Shown piece after piece: positions 25,239-37,855 of a stretch of 64,000 nucleotides of DNA; the first letter of the stretch is position 1, and each line of letters starts with the position of its first letter. A program made the translations under genes and the position numbers. The stretch comes from Octopus sinensis (lineage: Eukaryota): assembly GCF_006345805.1 (NCBI RefSeq), contig NC_043004.1, positions 49,042,001 through 49,106,000 of the forward strand. Reading direction: 5' to 3'. A model generated the notes under the pieces. That model had not been told where the DNA came from and did no database searches. It was given only the letters and a program-made list of their open reading frames with translations.

Positions 25239-25511
25239 CAAAGTGTATATGTTTTGTTTATACGCCAAATTTGTTGCGGGATAAAATCTAGGTGAGAAAG
25301 CTCCCCAAACGACACCGGGTGTTAAAGAACACCCGAATGTCACAGATCAGGCGAGTGCATGGTATTGACAAGCCACAATAATGGCGAAATATCGGTATCT
25401 ACCATACATACCATCTTCTGTGATTCCATGGCAAATTGTCTCGCTTAGTCTGGCATTCTCCGGACGCTATCCCACAGTAAAATCTGGCGTATAAACAAAA
25501 CACACACTATG
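25239..25511. mobile_element. Tc1/mariner-type MITE
   Basis: About 45-bp imperfect TIRs (CAAAGTGTATATGTTTTGTTTATACGCCA.. / ..TGGCGTATAAACAAAACACACACTATG), TA on both sides; rearranged related pieces at 24950-25080. Confidence 0.65.
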
Positions 25512-25581
25512 TACGTGCAACCGATAATATATCTATCTACCTATCTATCTATATATGTATTGTATTACAAAGTACGTAAGA

Positions 25582-25680
<99 letters not shown>

Positions 25681-25689
25681 TCAATATGT

Positions 25690-25995
25690 GAAGTGGATGC
25701 AGCTTCGAAACGTAAAAGACATTCCATTTCTTCTTTCTCCATTTCCTGAGCGTCAACCAAGCACTTTTTTTTACCTTGTCTTTGTACAGTATTTTTGCAC
25801 CATACATACACACTGTATATATGGCGATTTTTTTTCCTCCGTCTTCCCTTCTTTGGATCTTTCCTCTTCCTATGTTTCCGACGAAGAGCTCCGCTCGAAA
25901 CGTTATGCCCTCCTTCTTTCCTTCTTTCCTGAGCGTCCAATAATACTATACTTGTTCCACGTCCGCGCGTTGTTGTGTTTACATGTTTGGATTAA
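25690..25995 (+). mobile_element. Short non-coding repeat H1 with hammerhead-like motifs (two tandem GAAACGT units 190 nt apart)
   Basis: GTTT-CCGACGA-A-GAGC-TCC-GCTC-GAAA-CGTT at 25874-25904; partial unit GCTTCGAAACGTAAAAGAC at 25702-25720; paralog at 42330-42515. Confidence 0.6.
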
Positions 25996-26219
25996 CTATA
26001 TATATATAAATATGTATAACCTCCCAACACCATCACACCACACACAACTACACCTTATACCACCATACCACACAACACATCACATCACAATACACCACTA
26101 CGCACACATCAGCACTGACCACTTCCCAGACCCACATTTTCCCACCTACACATACACACACGCACACGTCAAGATCACCAGCCGTCTTCCACACGCACAT
26201 ACAAATTCTCTTATACACA

Positions 26220-26286
<67 letters not shown>

Positions 26287-26399
26287 GCAGCTTCGTTTTG
26301 GGATCACCACTATTTTATTATCAACCCTTCTTCCTAGCTCTCCTGTGTGACCCTTCTGTCCGGCATTCGCCATGATAGATCGCTAGCCACTTTATTTTC

Positions 26400-26550
26400 T
26401 CTTTTAGCTTCTTTCTGTGTTCCTTTTTGTGGAAAAGCGTAGGCTCGAAACGTTTAAGGCTTTTTCACTTTCCGAGCGTTATACTAATACATCTGTTTGT
26501 TGTCTACACCACATGTCTTCGTCTTTTGTTTTTTTTTGTGAATTATCCCC
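26400..26550 (+). mobile_element. Short non-coding repeat H2 with hammerhead-like motif
   Basis: CCTTT-TTGTGGA-A-AAGC-GTAG-GCTC-GAAA-CGTT-TAAGG at 26422-26459; paralog at 51478-51597 (minus). Confidence 0.55.
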
Positions 26551-26584
26551 TATATATATATATATATATATAATATATATATAC

Positions 26585-26654
<70 letters not shown>

Positions 26655-26724
26655 TATATAGATAGATAGACGATAGATAGATAAATAGATAGATAGATAT
26701 AGATAGATAGATAGAGAAGTAGAT

Positions 26725-26860
26725 GGACAGCCGACAACTGATGAGGGTCATTCTTTATGGTGTCCTGTTTTCCATTTGTTTCTCTCGTTTATGTATTTAA
26801 CTGTTTTGTTTTCGTATTCCATGTTGTTTACGGTTTGTGACATCCTGTATTCATATATGC
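26725..26860 (+). repeat. Dispersed repeat, paralog of 59410-59570 (minus)
   Basis: acagccgac..ctgatga(a)gggtcattctt..gacatcctgta..catatatgcat shared. Confidence 0.6.
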
Positions 26861-26929
<69 letters not shown>

Positions 26930-27049
26930 GTGTGTACATATACATATACATATATATATATCCATCCAACACCACACACACACACACACATATATATATA
27001 TCATTTATATTATTATATACATACACTGTGTGTATGAGTGAAAATTGAA

Positions 27050-27227
27050 AGTTAAAAGCGCCATTTTCAGAAACTAGGATTTTGACGTCATCAGTTTCTA
27101 TTTATTCTTTTTTTGTGTTCCTTCTTTGTGTGTTTGTTTGTTGTTTTGTTTTGTTTGTTAGTTATACTTTTTTATATATAAATTCGTACGTCACCTTACT
27201 TCCTACATAAACTGCACCGATCCGCTT

Positions 27228-27306
<79 letters not shown>

Positions 27307-27620
27307 TTCTACTTCTACTTCTACTTCTTACTTCTTACATATGTGCGTGCATACAGATGCATGTATGTATGTTGACGTTATAACAATTTAGGAACTTCGA
27401 GGACGGGAAATAATTCTCGAAGCAGATATTTAAAAATGGTTAGAAGGCCACACACAAATACACACACACACACACACACATGATTGATTGGCGGAGACGT
27501 TCAATTCAAAATCATAAGTTTCCTTCCGGCTTTGATCTCGGTGTATGACAGATGCAGTACTATGTGGTCATTGGTCACCTCTCGTTATTTAACGGTTCAA
27601 AATTCACCCTGGCCAATCAT
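27050..27620. promoter_or_regulatory. Candidate promoter/enhancer motif cluster
   Basis: YY1-like CGCCATTTT 27059-67; CRE TGACGTCA 27083-90; ETS-like CTTCCGG 27523-29; three NF-Y-like CCAAT boxes at about 27487 (-), 27570 (-) and 27613 (+). Confidence 0.3.
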
Positions 27621-28399
27621 TTATATCACTTCATCATGATAGTTTCCTCTTACACCCACCTCTCTCTCGTTCTCTGTTTGTGTCTAACATTTTTGTTGAG
27701 AGACTGAGGTCGTTCACCCTGCTTCCCATTTGTACATCAATATTCTTACCTCTGACTATTTCCACAGTTTTACTTTTGGAAGTTAATGATATTAGTATCA
27801 CTCACACACAGTGGTAGTATCGTTGAAATCTAAAAATACGCCATTAAATGCGTTGCCCCAGCATGACCACAGTCCAATAATAAAAGCCTACATATGTACA
27901 ATATGGACTCCTCATCAATGTATGTATGTATGTATGAATGTATGTACGTAGTATCTATCTATCAATCTGTCTAGCTATCTATAATACTATAATTATATAT
28001 TATTGTATCTATAATACAATAATATTAATAATATTCAATATATTATACAATAATATTCCTTCACAACAGTAATAATATAATTACACTATAACAATACTCT
28101 CTCTGTCTGCTCTCAGTATAAAAGACAGAACAATATTACATTAACATAACATAGTATAATCTAATGTAAACCTAGTATTACACAGTTATAACCCAACATT
28201 ATACTCTCTAGTATACAACTCGAAGTCCTGTGTTAATAATATCTTATAAACCAGTATTACTATAGTATAATATAACGTGTTTTAACCAGTATAAATCACA
28301 TATAACTAATACAGAAATTAAACATAAATCCTGTATTATCGTATAATAACCCTCAGCTCTATACTGAATCAAGCTACACTCACTCTTTGTTCTCGACTC

Positions 28400-29464
28400 A
28401 CGCACACACACACCGTATCACCAATTTCCCTATTTTTTCCCTGTATTTTATGCTTTTCTTTTCGTTTTCTCATCTCCACCAACTTCCTAGTCACCTTTTG
28501 CTTTATCTTTTTTTTTTTTAATATATTACAACCATCAGCATCATCACCATCACTAATAGCAGCACCTTCCTCACCGACTAACCTCCCCTTTCGCCTCGCT
28601 ATTTCTCTTCCTCATCTCTCTCTAATTCCTCCTTTTATATTTACATTTCCCTCTCTATTTGGCCTTTTTTTAAATCGGGTTTTTACACCGCTCTTCTGTT
28701 GATATTACACCCTCCCGACGGTAACTCTATTATCCCTCCCTCCTACCCCCTCAATATTCACTCTAATCTTTCTCTCTTTCTCTTCTCTGCAACATATTTA
28801 ACCTAATCGTTTTACGGAGGGAAGTGAGGTCGTTCTCCTATTCCCACTATCTTAATCTTCTTACCTCTGCCTATTCCTATTGCTTTACTCTCTTCTCTCG
28901 TTCTCTCTTTCTTTTTCACCCTCCCTTTCTCCCCACCCCACCCTTTTACCAATTGTCTACGCTCTTCTGTTATTCAAACACACCCGCACATAGTCGACTA
29001 TTCGCTCTCAGTTTATGTTCCGGTATAATTTTTCTTCCGTTTCACTCTTCTTTCTTCTCTCTCTCTATCTTACCCTTTCTTCTTCACCCTCCACTTTAAA
29101 CTCCCTCTACTGCTTGACTAATTTTCTCTCTTTTTAGTTATACTCTTTTCCTTACCTCCAGCTACTACTCTTTATCTGTTCATCTTCCTCCCTATTACAG
29201 TCACTACATTCTTCTCTTGCCTCCGCCCTACACTTTTCTCTTAATCCCGTTCTTTCCCCTACCTTGTCCGCACTCGTTTATTAACATCCGGGCATTCACC
29301 ATTTCATTCTCTCTAACCTACTTTCTTCTTTACATCATTCTTCATTTTTTCCTTCTTTTTTTTTTCTACTTCTTCAATACTTTATTCTTTCCAGAGAAAG
29401 CTGCACACACACACACACGCACACACACACATACCATACGCACGCACACACGCCCAGACATACG

Positions 29465-29537
<73 letters not shown>

Positions 29538-29724
29538 GCATAAATACGTATATACATATACACATAAATAAATATATATGTATATATATATACATATATA
29601 TAACATATTTTATATATAAACATACATATACACATATTTATATATACATGCACATGAACATATAATATGCATATACATATGCAATATATAAACACGTACA
29701 TATATGTATGCATATATATGTGCG

Positions 29725-29758
<34 letters not shown>

Positions 29759-30138
29759 ATACATTATATGTATTTATAAATATATGAATATATATGTGTG
29801 CGACTACAACGTAATAGAGAGGGGGAGGGAGGTTGTTATTTTTCAACCATGTGGATCGCCGTTCTATCTACCGAGCACTCCCCCGCCACAGAACAGCGTT
29901 TATCTCCCACCCACCTCTTTCACCTCCCTCCTACACTAATCTTTGCTTAGTCCTTCTCTCTCGGCCTCTCCTCACCCCGCTACTTTTACTATCCTCTCAC
30001 TCCGGCTCTTACAAGAATTTCATCACTCCCGTTTAGTCTAAGCTCCATAACATTCAGATCACACACACACACAAAATGTGTATATATATATATGTCTGTG
30101 TGCGTGTGTGTGTGTCTGTGCGTGCGCATATACGTTTA

Positions 30139-30174
<36 letters not shown>

Positions 30175-31620
30175 ATAGCTGTGTTGTATGTAACAGTATG
30201 AATGTATCTAAATGCATATCTTTATCTAGATATATTTACATACACATGTATTCGTATATACCTATCAATATACACTAACAAACACACACGCGTACATATG
30301 CACATACACCCAAATACATACGTATATGTATATATATATATATATATGTTTATGCGTTTATATATATATATATATGCGTGTGTTTTTATATTAGATATAT
30401 ATATATATATATATATGTGTATGTTTGCGTCTCTTCCTCCGGTCTTACTGCTACTCACACTTTTTCGCTTTAATTCTGTATCCTCTCCTCCTCTCTATAG
30501 TCTTCTACTCCCTCTTTCTCACTCCCCCTCTTTACTAACCAGCTGGTTTATTCAACTCCACTCCCGCCTCTTCCTCTTTCATACGCTTTTGTCGAGCCAT
30601 CCTTTCCCCCCTTCTCTCTCCCTCTCTTTCTCTTTCTTATTCTCTCACTCACCCCCTATTCATTTTCACTCGCTCTAAACCATCTCTCTCTCTCTCTCTC
30701 TCTTTTCTCTTTCCCTCCCACTACTACTACGGCTTCTACGTTTCATCATTCTCGCCCTCAACCACTCTAACTCCACTCAGCTATACACCCCCACTCCCCC
30801 CCGTTTCCTCCGACTGCTTACTAATCGCTGTGCTAGATTTCACTCGCCCCGCCGTCGCTCCATCTACAACACCTATTCCTCCACCCTTACCTTCCTTCTT
30901 CCTCCTCCTTCGGCTTTCTCCTCCTCCACCTCCTCCTCCTATATCTCTTAACTTTGTATTCACCTAAAAAATAAAAAAACGAAAAACAAAATACATTTTT
31001 CAGACTTCGCTTCTTTTTTTTTGACATTTTTTCTTTTTATAATAACACCATCACCGTCTCTACCACCACCACCACCACCACAACCACCACGACAACCACT
31101 ACTACTACTACTACTACACTACTGTAGCTACCACTACTACTGTTATTACCACCACCATTTCCACATCTACTACAACTACCACCATCACCACCACTACCGC
31201 CATCACCCCCCCACTCCTACCATCATACCACCACCACCACCACTGCAAGTAGAACCCATTCGCACCACCACCACCGTCCCCCTTCCACGATACGCTCTCA
31301 ACCTCCAACGCCGCCATAACACTACTTCTTCCTTATTTCTCCTCCCACCAACCCATTCCCCACTCCTACCCTGATCATACCACAATGACGACGACGACTA
31401 CCAGAATTTTCACCACGACTGCTACCACTGCACTTGTGCTACTCCTACTCCTACTCCTACAGACTTTCCAGCTATTTGTTTACCAATTTTTGTATTTATT
31501 TCGCGCGCTATTTTGCTCTCCCATTCCTTATTCTTTTCCTTTGCTCTTTGCTCTCTCTTTCCTTCACCTCTCTCTCTCTAACTCTCTCTCTCTCTCTTTC
31601 TCACTTTTCTCTCATACACA
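28400..31620. repeat. Extended pyrimidine-rich low-complexity region with (TA)n, (CA)n and (CAC/CTA)n tracts
   Basis: Direct inspection. Confidence 0.8.
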
Positions 31621-31810
31621 CACACAGACACACCCAAGCACACACACACCATACGCACATACTGTATACACACGGTTAAACGCATGCATGTGTATATATG
31701 TATGTGTATGCACATCTGTCTATCTATCTATCTATCTATCTATCTGTCTATCTATCTACTTATGGATATGAATAATAACTATATGCTGGCATTGGGTGTA
31801 TATATAATAC

Positions 31811-31862
<52 letters not shown>

Positions 31863-32055
31863 ATACATACATACACACCACACACACACACATATACACA
31901 CACGCATAAATGCATTTCATTCGAGTAGCGTATATATATTGAGAAATATAAAATTTGTGTATGTGTGCGCGCGGATATATATATATACATACATATATAT
32001 GTGTGTATATATATGTATAAATATACACACATACACATATGTATGTTTGTATGTT

Positions 32056-32104
<49 letters not shown>

Positions 32105-32711
32105 AATGTACACGCGCGCACACGTACACACGTACACCCAAATGTATTGTCGCACAAACTTCCCTGTGCGCTTGTTTTCACTCCGAAGACTGTTAGTTAC
32201 TAACTTTTTCTTATACTTATTCTGTTATTCTTCCATTCCGTTATTCCACTCTTTCCTGTCATCGATCTGCAGTAATCTACCTGATGATAGCAGAAAGGAA
32301 GGTAGAGCGTTACGCTCTCTCGGTATCTAAGTTCTCTATACTTTACACCCGTTTCACTCACTCACCAATTTCTTCATCCAAATTATTTTATCAGTCACAC
32401 ACCAGGATACACATGTGCACGTGACAGCGCCTTTCAGTTACTCATTCGCAAAATGCCACACAGACATATATATAATATAGCCATACACTCAAATGGATTT
32501 ACGTACACACACACACAGCGTTGACTTAGGCGAACATGAACAAATACACACAGAAATACAAATTTATAGAGACACTCTCCGATGTTTCCTGAAAGATGGA
32601 GCGTAACGAGAAACTCTGAGTAGCGGATGAGTGAATCATCAACTATGATCGAATGCGAGTGTGTGTGTGTATGTATGTATGTATGTATGTATGTATGTAT
32701 GTATGTATGTA

Positions 32712-33136
32712 TACTCTTTACTCTTTTACTCTTTTACTTGTTTCAGTCATTTCACTGCGGCGAAGCTGGAGCACCGCCTTTTAGTCGAGCAAATCGACCC
32801 CGGGACTTATTCTTTGTAAGCCCAGTACTTATTCTATCGGTCTCTTTTGCCGAACCGCTAAGTGACGGGGACGTAAACACACCAGCATCGGTTGTCAAGC
32901 AATGCTAGGGGGACAAACACAGACACACAAACACACACACACATACACACACATATATATATATATATACATATATACGACAGGCTTCTTTCAGTTTCCG
33001 TCTACCAAATCCACTCACAAGGCATTGGTCGGCCCGGGGCTATAGCAGAAGACACTTGCCCAAGATGCCACGCAGTGGGACTGAACCCGGAACCATGTGG
33101 TTGGTAAGCAAGCTACTTACCACACAGCCACTCCTG
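32712..33136 (-). mobile_element. SINE family 1, full length
   Basis: Homology to 7431-7845; embedded in (TATG)n. Confidence 0.9.
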
Positions 33137-33349
33137 TATGTATGTATGTATGTATGTATGTATGTAGGTGTGTGTGTGTATGTATGTGTGTGTGTGTATG
33201 TGTGTCTGTGTGTCTGTGTGTTAATAGCAAATATTGATAAAAGATGTTTAGCAAAGCATTAGAACGATTGTATGTTTAAACAGAAATAATGAGAAAATTT
33301 GCGGGGGAATGTTTTCACAATAAATACTAAAATAGGGATAACACACACA

Positions 33350-33426
<77 letters not shown>

Positions 33427-33712
33427 GTCTTGTATTAACACTTTCATCGAAATTCCAACACAATACCTTCTGTCACCGTTACTAAACAATCGTACAATAA
33501 CATTGATGTTTAGACTAGTTTTAGACCTCTCAGTATTGACAATATATCTCACCGACCGTCTCAGAAAACGGGAAGGACACATTTGATAGATAATGCAGTT
33601 CGATGTTTTCGTAAAATGATAAGCTTGTCAAGACCGGAATACCTTTGGTCAAAAGCATGGCTCAGTCAGGTTTACCATGACTGGGTTATATAGCATTAAC
33701 AGTAGTAATAAC

Positions 33713-34130
33713 AGATCTTTTCGGTTTGAACGGCAGTTTTTCTATCGGTGTCATATGAAATTGTCACCCATAGTTATGACCCTAGAATCGATCTATTGTA
33801 TTTCAATCTATTTTAGGGTTAGGATTAGTTAGGGTTAGGGTTAGAGGTGGGAGGAAGGTTATCTTTTTTTCTTCACAAATGTAAATAAACCCAATATGTT
33901 TCTTAAACGAGGGACATATTCATACGGCACAGAATGTTGTTTGCCTCAATGGACGTCAATGATTGGTTGAAATTGCAGAAAAAACAAATATCTTACAAAC
34001 TATAGAATTTTCTCAATAAAGCCAAGAGAAAAAGATGTTTTATAAGCACATTCTACCAGTATACGAAGTTTAAAATTGTTTAGTTACCTAGAAATGATGT
34101 TAAAAACTGCCGTTCAAACCGAAAAGATCC
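33713..34130. mobile_element. MITE family M1
   Basis: TIRs (A/G)GATCTTTTCGGTTTGAACGGCAGTTTT; exact TSD GTAATAAC (33705-12, 34131-38). Confidence 0.85.
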
Positions 34131-34205
34131 GTAATAACAACAATAATAAGAACAATAATCACAATAAAAGCAGCAACCAAACAATTCAAAATTGTAATAA
34201 AATGT

Positions 34206-34303
34206 AGCGGAGGTAAAGAATACGCACACCACCCGTTTTCGGCATGACAAAAACCCTAACCCTAAACCCTAACCACCGGATGTGCGTATTCTTTACCTTC
34301 GCC
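34206..34303. mobile_element. 98-bp MITE family M2 (8-bp TSD, internal CCCTAA repeats)
   Basis: 22-bp TIR AGCGGAGGTAAAGAATACGCAC / GTGCGTATTCTTTACCTTCGCC; exact TSD TAAAATGT (34198-34205, 34304-34311). Confidence 0.8.
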
Positions 34304-34516
34304 TAAAATGTCTTTTTAAGTGAACACACGCACACACACACAAATACACGCACAAACATATATAAGTTTCTCTCCTCTTGTATGACTCTTTCAACACACA
34401 CACATAGATAGACACACGCACGCACACACACACACTCACACACTCACACACTCGCACACACACACACACACTCTCTCTCTCACAAACACACATACACACA
34501 CACACACACACCCTCT

Positions 34517-34552
<36 letters not shown>

Positions 34553-34827
34553 TATCTCTCTCCCTCTTTCTCTCTTCCATACATATTATTTCAATCCTTA
34601 TTCTGTTATTAGTTTCAGTCAATGGAATGTGGCCATCTTGGGGCAGTGCTTTCAAGGGTTTTAGTTAAGGCCATGTACCTATTTTATCGATCTTGTTTTA
34701 CCCAACTTCTAAGTTACAAATTAGACATAAAGAGAGACAACTGATGGCTTGTAAGTCATTGTTGTAGTGAGGTACCTTCAAATAATAGTTTATTAACCGA
34801 CGGTTTTAAGAATAAAATTACCTATAG

Positions 34828-35480
34828 GCGTAGGAGTGGTTGTGTGGTAAGTAGCTTGCTTACCAACCACATGGTTCCGGGTTCAGTCCCACTGCGTGAC
34901 ACTCATGGCATGTTTTTTCCTCATAGCCTCGGGCCGACCAAAGTCTTGTGAGTGGATTTGGTAGACGGAAAACTGAAGAAGCCCGTCGTATATATATATA
35001 TTTCTTTACTACCTACAAGGTGCTAAACATAGAGGGGACAAACAAGGACAGACAAACGGATTAAGTCGATTACATCGACCCCAGTGCGAAACTGGTACTT
35101 TATTTATCGAGCCCGAAAGGATGAAAGGCAAAGTCGACCTCGGCGGAATTTGAACTCAGAGCGTAACGGCAGACGAAATACGGCTACGCATTTCGCCCAG
35201 CGTGCGACGATTCTGCCAGCTCGCCGCCCTCGTCGTATATATATATATGTATATATGTATGTGTGTGTGTATATGTTTGTGTGTCTGTGTTTGTCCTCCC
35301 CCAACATCGCTTGACAACCTATGCTGGTGTGTTTACGTCCCCGTGACTTAGTGGTTCGGCAAAAGAGACCTATAGAATAAGTACTAGGCTTACAAGTAAT
35401 AAGCCCTGGGGTCGATTTGCTCGACTAAAGGCGGTGGTCCAGCATGGTCACAGTCAAATGACTGAAACAAGTAAAAGAGT
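34828..35480 (+). mobile_element. SINE family 1 with a nested SINE family 2 (35002-35229, minus)
   Basis: The nested copy sits at the start of the internal microsatellite with an ~18-bp TSD CGTCGTATATATATATAT. Confidence 0.9.
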
Positions 35481-35486
35481 ATACAT

Positions 35487-35660
35487 AGGCATGGGTGTGG
35501 GGGTGTGGTAAGAAGCTTGTTTCCCAACCACATGTTTCCAGGTTCAGTCCCACTACGTGACACACTCGGCATGTTTCTTCTACCATAGCCTCGGTTCGAC
35601 CAAATCCCTGTGAGTGGATTTGGTGGATATTTGGAAGACGGAAGCCCGTTGTGAATGTGT
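35487..35660 (+). mobile_element. SINE family 1, 5' fragment
   Basis: Head and central block homology directly after the previous tail. Confidence 0.7.
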
Positions 35661-35663
35661 GTT

Positions 35664-35715
<52 letters not shown>

Positions 35716-36139
35716 CACATAAGTATGTGTATGGTGTGTGTGTGTGTGGTGTGTGTGTGTAGTCACAGTGAGGATATCTAAATCCCTTATAGGAATATTT
35801 TCTATTCAAGATACACTGGTTTAATATATCATATTTTGAAGAAATATTTCTTCAATGAACATATTATATAGATATCGTACAATATCAAATATTGTCATTG
35901 AGTTAGAAAAACAGAGAGAATGGATAAAAATTAAGTTATTAATTAATTAACATATTCACCAACAATTGTTTCATTTCATAACCAAAATTAAAACTACAAA
36001 ACATATATGAATATATAATTTTGCATTTTAAAATGGATGGAAAATCGACAGGGTGCACAAAGGACGATACAAGGATTACATTACGATCTGTTATTCAGAA
36101 TATATAGTACTGTTTATTATGTGCGTGTATATATGATTT

Positions 36140-36197
36140 TGATTTTGATTTTTCCAGTTTCAGCTCATGAGCTGTGGCCATGCTGGGGCACCGCCAT
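36140..36197 (-). mobile_element. ~57-bp retroposon 3' end (second copy at 36488-36546)
   Basis: ATGGCGGTGCCCCAGCATGGCCACAGCTCATGAGCTGAAACTGG + (AAAATC)n; related to the SINE family 1 tail. Confidence 0.7.
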
Positions 36198-36412
36198 GTG
36201 TACGCGTGCGTTAAAATTATTACACACACGTAAGACTGACCGAGGAGGAAGTTCATATAATGATGGTACAATAATACTTCCTGTTTTAGATACATCGGAA
36301 AGAGAAGTGTGACTTAATTCTCTGACAATTGGTAATTGAGAGAAAAAAGTTTCAATTACAACTTGAAGATTATTCAAGAATAGAGGTAAAGGATATGCTC
36401 CTTGAAGAGCTG

Positions 36413-36468
36413 TTTTTGAAGAACAGTTCACAGATCCTATTAAGGATCTATGAACTGTTCTTCAAAAA
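36413..36468. repeat. Near-perfect 26-bp inverted repeat with 4-nt spacer
   Basis: TTTTTGAAGAACAGTTCACAGATCCT-ATTA-AGGATCTATGAACTGTTCTTCAAAAA, one mismatch. Confidence 0.9.
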
Positions 36469-36657
36469 TACTAGGTCCTTATATATTTGATTTTTGATTT
36501 TTCCAGTTTCAGCTTATGAGCTGTGGCCATGCTGGGGCACCGCCATTTATGCCTACTTTTAACCAATATTTAATAATAGTATGCATATATGTATGTCTGG
36601 ATATGTGTGTATGTCTCTGAGTCTGTATGGATGTGTGTATAAATATATATGCATATA

Positions 36658-36846
36658 TAGGCGGCGAGCTGGCAAAATCATTAACACGCCGGGCGAAATG
36701 CTTAGCGAGGTCGACTTAGCCTTTCATCCTTTCGGGGTCGATAAATTAAGTACCAGTTACGCACTGGGGTCGATGTGATCGACTTAATACCTATGTCTGT
36801 CCTTGTTTGTCTCCTCTGTGTTTAGCCCCTTGTGGGTAGTAAAGAA

Positions 36847-36848
<2 letters not shown>
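36658..36848 (+). mobile_element. SINE family 2, internally deleted
   Basis: Homology to 44336-44566. Confidence 0.8.
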
Positions 36849-36877
<29 letters not shown>

Positions 36878-37450
36878 TTTCTATGTATGTACATGTACAT
36901 AATAACATATAAGTATGTTCATGTTTGCAGATATGTATGTAAAACATGTATGTAATACATGTATGTCTGCATGCATGTATGTGTGTGAGTGTGTGCGTGT
37001 ATTGTAGGTGTTCGGGTATGCATGTACATTCTCTAAAACCTTGAATGATCACTTTATTCTATAAATTTTCTTTTACCTTCTTCCTAATCTCATTTAGCTT
37101 ATCTCCCAAGTTTTCGATTTTTTGTTGGGGTGGGGTGAGGGATGAGGTGTAAAGTTGGGGGTGAACTGAAAAATTTCTTTATCCTTTTAGATTTAATTCT
37201 GAATGTGAAGATAAAAAGGAAAAAAACCCATTTTACCCATTTTTATACTTCAAAATGTTATGCCCTTATGAACTCCCATAATACTGAAGTGGAAACGAAT
37301 AATTTTTAAGAATGATTCCTTTTTTTTTCTTTTACAAACAGTTATGATTCTGGGTTTTATGTTTTGTAAAAGACGTGAATCTGTAGAGCGTCTTATGAAG
37401 ACATGAGTTTTAAATAACCATGTGTAACTATTACCTTGGATTTATATGTA

Positions 37451-37486
<36 letters not shown>

Positions 37487-37488
37487 AA

Positions 37489-37855
37489 TACTGGTAGAAT
37501 GTGTTTATAAAACATCGTTTTCTCTTGGCTTTATTGAGAAAATTCTATAGTTTGTAAGATATTTGTTGTTTTTTCTTCAATTTCTGCAATTTCAACCAAC
37601 CAATGTCGTCTATTGAGGTAAAAAAACATTCTGTGCCGTATGAATATGTCCCTCGTTTAAGAAACAGATTGGGTTTATCTACATTTGTGAAGAAAAAAAA
37701 TAACCCTCCCCCCACCCTAAACCTAACCCTAACTAACCTTAACCCTAACCCTAAAACAGATTGAAATGCAATAGATCGATACTAAGGTCATAATTATGGG
37801 TGATAATTTCATATGACACCGCTAGAAAAAACTGCCGTTCAAACCGAAAAGATCC
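37489..37855 (-). mobile_element. MITE family M1, truncated, opposite orientation
   Basis: One TIR (..GAAAAGATCC at 37855) and an internal CCCTAA tract. Confidence 0.85.
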
